DNA from: a virus
Lineage: Duplodnaviria; Caudoviricetes
Strand: one strand, 5' to 3'
DNA length: 28,405 nt
Virus record (IMG/VR): IMGVR_UViG_3300044726_000052
Location: 1 to 28,405 of that record
A program made the position numbers and the translations under genes. Position 1 is the first letter of the stretch, and every line of letters starts with the position of its first letter. Under the pieces are notes generated by a model that was not told where the DNA came from, ran no database searches, and saw only the letters and a list, made by a program, of their open reading frames with translations. Of this stretch, positions 1 through 7,263 are shown piece by piece.

Positions 1-1
1 C

Positions 2-1723
2 TATCAGCCGCTCCTCTCGGTCCGCTCGGGCTCGCGGGTGTCCTGCCCCGGCATGATGGACACGATCCTCAACGTCGGCATCGACCACACGACCACGGAC
101 TTGTGGCTGGAGAAGCTCGGCCCGAAATGCTTCGGGGATAGCCTCCATCGGCTGGTCGTGATGTATGGCTCGGTGGTCAAGGGCATCTCGCGTCAGGCGC
201 TGGAGCCGAACCTCCAGACGGCGCTCGCGGTCTACGCCAGCGAGACCGGCGAGACCTTCCCGACGGCATCGGCTCAGTTGCTCGGAGCCATCGAGGCCGT
301 GTTCAAGTCGTGGGATAACGACCGCGCCGTCACCTACCGCAAGCTGAACAAGATTCCCCGCGAGTGGGGCACCGCCGTCACCGTCCAAGCGATGGTCTTC
401 GGCAACCTGAATGACCAGTCCGGCACGGGCGTGTTGTTCACTCGCAACCCGGATACGGGCGAGGCCAAGGTGACCGGCGAGTGGTTGCCGAACGCCCAAG
501 GCGAAGACATCGTCGCGGGCATTCGGACGCCCTTTCCGATGGACGAAATGACGACGTGGAACGCGGCGGTGCATGCCGAATTGCTCGGAGCCGTGACCAC
601 GCTCGAAACGCTCAAGCGGGATATGCAAGACGTCGAGTGGACGGTGCAGGACGGGAAGCTCTACTTGCTCCAGACCCGCTCGGCCAAGCGCAGTGCCACG
701 GCGGCCATCAAGGTGGCCCTCGACATGGCCACGTCGGGCCTGCTGACCAAGGCCGAAGCGGTGAAGCGTGTGACGGTCGAGCAGTTCGACCTCGCACAGA
801 TGGCGTCCCTCGACCCGAAGTTCACGAAGACCCCGGCCTACACGGGGCTGGCGGCCTGCAGCGGCGTGGTGACGGGCAAGCCGGTGTTCACGAAGGAAGA
901 CGCTATCGCGGCCACGGAGCCGGTGATTCTGGTCCGTGAGGAGACCACGCCGGAGGATATCGCGGGCATGTTCGCGGCGGTGGGCGTGGTCACGATGACG
1001 GGCGGGATGACCTGCCACGCGGCCGTCGTGGCCCGCAGCATGAACCGCGCCTGCATCGTGGGTGTGGGCCAGTCGCTGGAGGCCCTGAAGGATATCGAGG
1101 TGCTGTCCATCGACGGCGCGACGGGTCGCATCTGGGCCGAGAAGGTGCCCATCGTCGGCGGCCAGTCGAACCGGTTGACGGCGCAGTTCTCGCAGTTGGT
1201 GATGGACGTGCTGAAGACCACGCCGGTCATCCAGTCCGTCCCGCTGGTGGATCTGGACTCGGCGCTGCTCTACCTCGGAGCCAAGGTGCTCGACGTGCCT
1301 GCCTCGGTGGCGCTGGTGCGAGAGACGGCCAAGAAGGTCACGCGGCTGTATCTCGACCTGTCGCCCTCCAAGGGCGCGGCCGAGACCGAGTTCTTGGCCT
1401 TGTGCGCCTCCTACAACGGTCCGCAGCGGGTCGTGGATGCGCTCGCGGGCTTCGCGGAGTTACACGAGAAGCTGGTGGTCATCGGCCCGGTCAAGACGCC
1501 GTTCAAGATGCTCGGGCAGGCCGAAGACCTTCGGTCCATCGTGCTCGCGGCCGAGGAAATTGCGATGGCCGGGCTCGACCTGACGGACGTCGCCGTGAAG
1601 AAGGTGTTGGACTGGAAACAGAGCGAGGGCTTTGCGCTCGTGTCACTCGGGACGCATGTGCCGGGGTCCAAGAGCATGATCAGCGTCCAGCAGGCGCTGC
1701 AACTGATTGCGGGGGTAGCGTAA
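2..1723 (+). CDS. PPDK-like dikinase, 5'-truncated by the window: ATP-grasp and phospho-His carrier domains, no pyruvate/PEP TIM barrel
   Basis: Frame is open from base 2: PLLSVRSGSRVSCPGMMDTILNVG, AVTVQAMVFGN, GTGVLFTRNPDTG, NAQGEDIVAG, DVEW..LYLLQTR, ETTPEDIAGM and GGMTCHAAVVAR (catalytic His). The final ~190 aa lack PEP-binding barrel motifs. Confidence 0.9.
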   Translation, partial: YQPLLSVRSGSRVSCPGMMDTILNVGIDHTTTDLWLEKLGPKCFGDSLHRLVVMYGSVVKGISRQALEPNLQTALAVYASETGETFPTASAQLLGAIEAVFKSWDNDRAVTYRKLNKIPREWGTAVTVQAMVFGNLNDQSGTGVLFTRNPDTGEAKVTGEWLPNAQGEDIVAGIRTPFPMDEMTTWNAAVHAELLGAVTTLETLKRDMQDVEWTVQDGKLYLLQTRSAKRSATAAIKVALDMATSGLLTKAEAVKRVTVEQFDLAQMASLDPKFTKTPAYTGLAACSGVVTGKPVFTKEDAIAATEPVILVREETTPEDIAGMFAAVGVVTMTGGMTCHAAVVARSMNRACIVGVGQSLEALKDIEVLSIDGATGRIWAEKVPIVGGQSNRLTAQFSQLVMDVLKTTPVIQSVPLVDLDSALLYLGAKVLDVPASVALVRETAKKVTRLYLDLSPSKGAAETEFLALCASYNGPQRVVDALAGFAELHEKLVVIGPVKTPFKMLGQAEDLRSIVLAAEEIAMAGLDLTDVAVKKVLDWKQSEGFALVSLGTHVPGSKSMISVQQALQLIAGVA

Positions 1724-2016
1724 TGGCGCTCAGTATCGGTGTGTCGGTGGGGAGTCGGGTGGACGTCGGCGGCCATGTGCTGGAAGTCCGGGCACTGGCC
1801 CACCCGAATCTGATTGTCCTCGGCGTCGATGGCGGCCCGGATGTCGTCATCACCGAGGAGGCCCGGAAGGAAGTGCTGCCCGAGGTGTTCGTGCAGACGG
1901 GCGTGGGCCCGACGGGCACGGGGAATCGGCTGGCGATTACCGCGCCGAAGGCGATTCGCATCTCGCGGATCGAGTCCGCGCAGGAGGTTCGTCATGGTGC
2001 TGACCGACAAAGTTAA
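1723..2016 (+). CDS. Small beta-rich protein with a CsrA-like C-terminal motif
   Basis: TAATG stop/start overlap with the upstream gene. RLAITAPKAIRISR resembles the CsrA motif vRiGixAPxxvxihR. Confidence 0.6.
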   Translation: MALSIGVSVGSRVDVGGHVLEVRALAHPNLIVLGVDGGPDVVITEEARKEVLPEVFVQTGVGPTGTGNRLAITAPKAIRISRIESAQEVRHGADRQS

Positions 2017-2320
2017 GCGCGTCCTCGCGGGCGAGAGTATCTCGACCGAGGAGTTGGAGTACATGCTGGCCCAAGCGGCCATCACCTCGATGCGCGACTG
2101 CAACCGCCGGTACTACGCATGGCTGTTCCGGGTCGAGGGCAACACGTTGCTCGACATGCAACGGGTGGACCTCGTGGAACTCGGCCACGGCCCGACGGCC
2201 ATGTTGGAGGAGCACGACGCCTGCAGCGGAGCCGGGTGCCGGGCCTGCGGCTGGGTGGGCTCGGTGTCCCGCGCCATCGCAGACACGACGGCACGGTATT
2301 TGACAAATCAATCGGGATAG
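1994..2320 (+). CDS. Hypothetical protein with a DnaJ-like zinc-finger remnant
   Basis: AGGAGG at 1982-1987 precedes ATG 1994. Contains HDACSGAGCRACGWVG. Confidence 0.7.
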   Translation: MVLTDKVKRVLAGESISTEELEYMLAQAAITSMRDCNRRYYAWLFRVEGNTLLDMQRVDLVELGHGPTAMLEEHDACSGAGCRACGWVGSVSRAIADTTARYLTNQSG

Positions 2321-2328
2321 TCCACACT
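2300..2328 (+). promoter_or_regulatory. Possible sigma70-like promoter
   Basis: TTGACA-N17-CACACT (weak -10) upstream of the gene at 2361. Confidence 0.45.
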
Positions 2329-2360
2329 GGTGGCTAGATCCCAAGGGAGTGGGTCAGGCG

Positions 2361-2924
2361 ATGACGATGAACGGATTCAAGATTGGACTGGGCGACCTGA
2401 AGGTGCCCCTGACGAAGCGGCACTACTTCACGGTGACCGGCGGGCCGTACTACGACCGGCCGACGAGCATGGTCGGGGTCAAGATGGCCCAAGAGATTCA
2501 CCTCCCGTGCGACGTGGACATCCCGACCCGAGACTTCTCCGTCCCGACCCCCGCCACGCTGGCCTACGGGCTCGCTGAGGCCGTCGAACAGATGCTGCGG
2601 GGCGAACCCCTCTACGTGGGCTGCATGGGCGGCCGGGGCCGCACGGGCCTGTTCCTCGCGGTGCTGGCGAAGGCGATGGGCGTCAAGCAGCCGGTCGAGT
2701 TCGTTCGGAAGCACTACTACCCGCATGCGGTGGAGACGGCCGACCAGTACCGGTTCGTGCAGGAGTTTGAGATTCCGCTCGATGTCAAGGCAGCGGTCAA
2801 GCAGGCGCGGCTGAACGCCCAGTGGTACTTCTGGACCAAGAAATTCTGGTTTGCCAACCTGACCCGGAAGCCCGGCCGGGCGCACACGCCACGCCAGCCC
2901 CGCGTGGTGCGACTTGACAAATAA
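2361..2924 (+). CDS. Cys-dependent (CX5R) PTP/dual-specificity-like phosphatase
   Basis: VGCMGGRGRTG P-loop and AVETADQ Q-loop. GGAGTG ribosome-binding site before ATG 2361. Confidence 0.8.
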   Translation: MTMNGFKIGLGDLKVPLTKRHYFTVTGGPYYDRPTSMVGVKMAQEIHLPCDVDIPTRDFSVPTPATLAYGLAEAVEQMLRGEPLYVGCMGGRGRTGLFLAVLAKAMGVKQPVEFVRKHYYPHAVETADQYRFVQEFEIPLDVKAAVKQARLNAQWYFWTKKFWFANLTRKPGRAHTPRQPRVVRLDK

Positions 2925-2943
2925 CTCTCGGGTGTCGTAAGAT
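2914..2943 (+). promoter_or_regulatory. Sigma70-like promoter
   Basis: TTGACA(2914-2919)-N18-TAAGAT(2938-2943). Confidence 0.6.
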
Positions 2944-2987
2944 CGGTCTTGTGACTGCCGCGTTCCTTGTCAACGGAGTGACCTCAG

Positions 2988-3401
2988 ATGTCTCGACAAT
3001 CTGAATATCGGCAAAATCGAAGACAGGCTGATCCGGAATACGCTGAGCGTCTGAGGCAGCATGTTCGGAACTGCCGGACCAAAAAGACCGGGAAACCCGT
3101 GAAAGTTAGAGGGGCACGCGGACCGGCGAGATTCGAATCGAATTCTCAGCAACTGCGAAGGTCCAGATACGGGCTATCGCCTGAAGAATTCAATGCGTTG
3201 TTGGAGAAGCAGCAGGGGCGGTGTCCCGTGTGCAAGGCCGATATCACGGGACCGAAAGCCGCTCAAGTGGACCACGACCACAGGACGAAGCAAGTTCGTG
3301 GGCTGCTGTGCATACGATGCAATCGCGGCATCGGGCTGTTACGTGATACTATTGATGTGTTGAAGGCAGCAATTGCCTATCTTTCCAATGGAGTGGAGTG
3401 A
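2988..3401 (+). CDS. Endonuclease VII-like (His-Me finger) nuclease, probably homing-type
   Basis: YGLSPEEFNALLEKQQGRCPVC...VDHDHRTKQVRGLLCIRCNRGIG. Visibly more AT-rich than its neighbours. Confidence 0.88.
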   Translation: MSRQSEYRQNRRQADPEYAERLRQHVRNCRTKKTGKPVKVRGARGPARFESNSQQLRRSRYGLSPEEFNALLEKQQGRCPVCKADITGPKAAQVDHDHRTKQVRGLLCIRCNRGIGLLRDTIDVLKAAIAYLSNGVE

Positions 3402-3405
3402 CTTT

Positions 3406-4503
3406 ATGAAGTATCTGCCCGGAAACACACTCGCCCATTTCAACGATGCTCCGCAGAAGCAGCGGCTGGATCTGTCGGCCATCCCGGCCTCGGTCTTCGC
3501 GGCGTCCACGTCGGAGTATCGCAAGGCGTGTGGCGAGGTGTCTCCGAACGACGAGGCCATCACGTTCTATGCGCTGAACCATTGCGCCAGCATCATCCGG
3601 GGCAAGTTCACGCCGAACGAAGTGCTCCCGGACTGGGCGCTCAACGTGATGGGCACCTACACGCAAGTGACCGCCGCGCAGGGCACCCGCCTGCTGCACT
3701 ACATTTTGTCCATCACGACCCGCGAGATGCGGCACCTGAAACCGCCGTCACCGGTCTCGTTCTGGAAGACGCTCAGCCAGAAGGCCGGGCCGGAGATGGC
3801 GGAGTTCGTCAAGCTGGTCAGCAGCAACGGCAATGAGGAGACCGCTGTCAAAGCCTACATGCACAAGCCGCCGACCGCCACGGTCGCGCAGTATCTGGAG
3901 GCCATGTCCTACGGGTTCTGGAAGGGCTGGGGCGACTATGAGCCCGAGACGTGGCAGGGGCAGTGGCACGGCAGCTACGGCGGCCCCATGTGGGCGCTGG
4001 TGGCCGACGCGGCCTTGGCGATGATCTACGGCAAGACGTCGATGGAGATGCTCGTGGACACCGGCTACACGCTGGCCCACAACGGCGGCCCGATTTTCAA
4101 CAAGGGCATGATGTACAAGCACTACGACAGCGAATTCATCAAGATCCTCGACATCCAGCGGTCCGGCCAGATTCCGGACCTGATGCTCGACTCGCATGCG
4201 TGGGGCCCGAAGAAAACGCTGGAGGCCCAGAACGCGGTGCAATTGGTTGCCACGGCGCTGCCGGGCGAGTTCAAGGGCTACGTGGATTGGAAGCCCGTCA
4301 TCGCCATGCTGCCGTCGAAGGATTCGAAACAGAAGTACGCGGCTGAACTGGCGAAGCAAAAGGTCAAGACCCCGGCGGCTCCGGCCAAGCCGGTGAAGGT
4401 GCCGGACACGTTCTTGTTCGGCAAGAAGGTCAAGCAGGTCGGTGAGTTCGTCGTGATGCCGGGCGTGTCCGTGCCGACGTTTGAACGATTGAAGGTGGCG
4501 TGA
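3406..4503 (+). CDS. Hypothetical protein with enzyme-like motifs (REMRH, SYGGPMW, D..YTLAHNGGPIFNK)
   Basis: GGAGTG site before ATG 3406. Long ORF with the local GC3-rich codon style and a TGATG overlap with the next gene. Confidence 0.8.
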   Translation: MKYLPGNTLAHFNDAPQKQRLDLSAIPASVFAASTSEYRKACGEVSPNDEAITFYALNHCASIIRGKFTPNEVLPDWALNVMGTYTQVTAAQGTRLLHYILSITTREMRHLKPPSPVSFWKTLSQKAGPEMAEFVKLVSSNGNEETAVKAYMHKPPTATVAQYLEAMSYGFWKGWGDYEPETWQGQWHGSYGGPMWALVADAALAMIYGKTSMEMLVDTGYTLAHNGGPIFNKGMMYKHYDSEFIKILDIQRSGQIPDLMLDSHAWGPKKTLEAQNAVQLVATALPGEFKGYVDWKPVIAMLPSKDSKQKYAAELAKQKVKTPAAPAKPVKVPDTFLFGKKVKQVGEFVVMPGVSVPTFERLKVA

Positions 4504-5249
4504 TGGCGTGGGATAGCGGGAAGCACGACGACAAAAAGTGGTCGAAGAAACACGACTCGATGTTCTCGGGGACGGCGCTCGCGCCCCGGTGCTACGAGAC
4601 GCACCCGCCCATCAAGCTGGGCAAGGGCACCCTCTACGGCGGGAGCGCGAGCTATCCCGCCCAGAAGAAAGCCGACGTCTACGTGGCCCTGCAGAGCGGG
4701 AGTTCCAGCGGCCTGACGTCGGACCCGTGGGAGGTGCAGCGCGTGGTGGAGATTCACTACGGGGTCTCCGACATGGCGGCCCCGAAGAACCTGCCCCGGT
4801 TCAAGAAACTGATCGACTACGTGTGCGAGCAACTGGAGGCCGGGAAGAAGGTCCACGTCGGCTGCATCGGCGGCCACGGGCGCACCGGCACCATCCTCTC
4901 GGCCATCGTCGCGCAGATGACGGACGAGAAGGACGCCATCCAGTGGGTGCGGAAGCACTACTGTAAAAAGGCCGTGGAGTCCAAGGAGCAAGTGGACTTC
5001 CTGATGAAGCACTACGGCGTGTCGAAGGCATCGGGCTCCAAGGATCACGTCGTTCGCGCCTACAAGGCCGACCCAGACAGTCGGCACTGGGACGACGACG
5101 TCATCGTCAGCAAGCCGAAGTCCTACGAGTCCCGGCAACCCTCGGGGGAGGCCAACGTGCGTCGTATCATCCCGACGGGCGTGACGTCGAGCACTCGGAC
5201 GTTCGTGCCCATCGTGTCGGCCCGGAGTCTCTGGAAGCGGAAGGCTTGA
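4503..5249 (+). CDS. Second CX5R PTP/dual-specificity-like phosphatase
   Basis: HVGCIGGHGRTG, upstream DMAAP acid loop and AVESKEQ Q-loop. Confidence 0.85.
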   Translation: MAWDSGKHDDKKWSKKHDSMFSGTALAPRCYETHPPIKLGKGTLYGGSASYPAQKKADVYVALQSGSSSGLTSDPWEVQRVVEIHYGVSDMAAPKNLPRFKKLIDYVCEQLEAGKKVHVGCIGGHGRTGTILSAIVAQMTDEKDAIQWVRKHYCKKAVESKEQVDFLMKHYGVSKASGSKDHVVRAYKADPDSRHWDDDVIVSKPKSYESRQPSGEANVRRIIPTGVTSSTRTFVPIVSARSLWKRKA

Positions 5250-5274
5250 CAAATCTATTCCCGTTTGGTAGGAT
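5246..5274 (+). promoter_or_regulatory. Sigma70-like promoter with extended -10
   Basis: TTGACA(5246-5251)-N17-TAGGAT(5269-5274), with TG upstream of the -10. The -35 contains the upstream stop codon. Confidence 0.7.
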
Positions 5275-5311
5275 CTGAAAGTGGTTGATTGCTCAATTGG
5301 AGTGAGCCCCG

Positions 5312-6526
5312 ATGGCGTTTGATTCTGAAATCGCGTTCTTCGCCAAGGTGTTCGGTCCGACGCATGCGGCCACGCAAGTGGCACAGGCGCTGGTGGCCAA
5401 GGGGCTGAAGTTCGAAGTCGGCCTCTACATGCTCAAGGCCCTACGGCACGGTGCGACCTATCAAGTCGCGCTGACGAAAGGCTCGACGTCGCTGATGAAA
5501 GGCGTCTTGCCGCCGGAGCTTGTAAAACAAAACAAAGACCTCATCACAGAATGGTTGGACACCTTGGCCCTCATTTTCCTGAAGACACCGCCCGCGCCCG
5601 GTCAGTCGCCCATCGAAGCCCAGAAGGGCGGGAAGCATTCCTTTGAACCGCCCGCGTTCACGCAGGGCGAGCCGATGGGCAAGGTTGGCCCGGTGGGCCA
5701 TCCGGGACCGACGGGTGAGCCGGGAGCCTCGACGCTCGACGTCGTGTTCACGGCCTTCACCGGCAACAAGCTGTTCGCCATCAAGGCGATTCAGACGATG
5801 ACCGGCTGGAGCCTGACGACCGCCAAGGCGTTCGTGGAGTCGGTGACCACGGGATACAAGACCGTGCCGCCGCTCGTCCTCGGCACCGATACGGCCCCGG
5901 CGATGCTCGCCAATGTCCTCGACCCGAAAGTGGGAGCCGAGGGCACGGTCACATATGCGGGGCAGACTGTGGCCCTGCAGTTCTTCAAGGTGCCGGGGGT
6001 GTCGGGTGGGATCGCGCCTCTGTCTGAGGCCATGAAGAAGGCGACGGCGGCCACCGAGAAGTTGTCCGCAGCCCTCGCGGAAGGCATGGAACATGGCCCG
6101 GCCCTCTACAAGCAGAAGGTCGCCAAGGGCGCGGCGGTGGTTGCTGCCGCCGTCGGATTGCCGAAAAAGACCAACGCGGTCATCTCCCTCCGCGATGCGG
6201 AGGCCATCGGCCAGCCGGTGCATGGCACGTCGAGCGGCTCGGTCTACTACACGGTGGCGACCGGCCCCCGCGTCCGTCTCGCGGCCCGCGTCCACAAGGG
6301 TGGGTCGGTGAGCATCCGCGCCGAGTGGAAGCCGACGCTGCACCCGGACGAGAAGAAAAAGCTGCAGGACATCGGGCTGCAGATGAAGGAGTCCTATGCT
6401 TCGATGCACCTCAACGCGGCTGACGTGCCGGTGGGCCGGGTCATCGGGGCCTTCGTCATCGGCATCGGGCTGGAGTGGGACGCCATCGTGAAGTCCTCGG
6501 CCGAACTCGTGGTGGAGAACAACTAA
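5312..6526 (+). CDS. Multidomain protein with a ribosomal bL12 (L7/L12) C-terminal-like domain and a short collagen-like linker
   Basis: LDVVFTAFTGNKLFAIKAIQTMTGWSLTTAKAFVES (~5735-5842) matches the bL12 C-terminal pattern. GKVGPVGHPGPTGEPG forms G-x-y repeats. Confidence 0.7.
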   Translation: MAFDSEIAFFAKVFGPTHAATQVAQALVAKGLKFEVGLYMLKALRHGATYQVALTKGSTSLMKGVLPPELVKQNKDLITEWLDTLALIFLKTPPAPGQSPIEAQKGGKHSFEPPAFTQGEPMGKVGPVGHPGPTGEPGASTLDVVFTAFTGNKLFAIKAIQTMTGWSLTTAKAFVESVTTGYKTVPPLVLGTDTAPAMLANVLDPKVGAEGTVTYAGQTVALQFFKVPGVSGGIAPLSEAMKKATAATEKLSAALAEGMEHGPALYKQKVAKGAAVVAAAVGLPKKTNAVISLRDAEAIGQPVHGTSSGSVYYTVATGPRVRLAARVHKGGSVSIRAEWKPTLHPDEKKKLQDIGLQMKESYASMHLNAADVPVGRVIGAFVIGIGLEWDAIVKSSAELVVENN

Positions 6527-6813
6527 TGGCTGACACGTTGCTCAAACACGCCCCGGCCGCCAAGCCGGAAGTGGACTGGCTCAAGGACCTGACCATCGGG
6601 CAGAGCCGCACGGGCCCCCTGTTCCCCGGCCTGCCCGAGGATATCGTCTGGACGCTCGTGGAGCGGACCAAGACTCAGTGGATGTTTGAAGGCGTCTGGT
6701 GCGGGGTCCCGATGATGGACGTGATCATCACCGAGACCAGCGAAGCCCTGATGCTGACCACCGTGGTCGAGAACCCCGACTATCTGACCTTCCCGGTCAG
6801 GAAGGAAGCGTAG
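6526..6813 (+). CDS. Hypothetical protein (95 aa)
   Basis: TAATG overlap with the upstream stop and GGAG upstream. Confidence 0.65.
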   Translation: MADTLLKHAPAAKPEVDWLKDLTIGQSRTGPLFPGLPEDIVWTLVERTKTQWMFEGVWCGVPMMDVIITETSEALMLTTVVENPDYLTFPVRKEA

Positions 6814-6816
6814 GCC

Positions 6817-7212
6817 ATGTCGAGTCTTCCGTTCTTCGCCGCCGACACCCTCGGCATGACGCTCTATCAAACGGGCAACACGCTGCAGGCTACGGAGTTC
6901 CACAAGCTGGCGATGGGGCCGTGGCGAGTCGAGACCAAGTTCGAAGCCGTGGCTCCGCTGAACGCCGGGCGGGAACTCACGTTCTGGGTCAAAGTGAATG
7001 ACCGGCTGCCGCTCTACGTCATCGTCCGGGACAAGGAGTGCTGGATGCTGGTGTTCGACCCGACCATCCTCGCTCCGCTGCTGAAGCATGCCTCGGAGGA
7101 GGGCACGTCGCTCAAGGCGTTCATCGTGGCGGTCAAGCCTGCCATCAAGCGCATCTTCTGTTGGAAGGGCGACAATTGGTTCACGGTCGCGTATGATAAG
7201 GGGCTGCTCTAG
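6817..7212 (+). CDS. Hypothetical protein (131 aa)
   Basis: Starts 3 nt after the previous stop, with typical local codon usage. Confidence 0.7.
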   Translation: MSSLPFFAADTLGMTLYQTGNTLQATEFHKLAMGPWRVETKFEAVAPLNAGRELTFWVKVNDRLPLYVIVRDKECWMLVFDPTILAPLLKHASEEGTSLKAFIVAVKPAIKRIFCWKGDNWFTVAYDKGLL

Positions 7213-7263
7213 TAGCCCGAGCACGTCAGCGCGTTGCACTCAGTTGCACGACCCGGAGCGCCT

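Noticed and set aside
38-1723. Start at 38 and a full ppdK call
   Set aside because: The conserved SVRSG motif lies upstream of 38 in the same open frame, so the true start is outside the window. The pyruvate-binding domain is missing.
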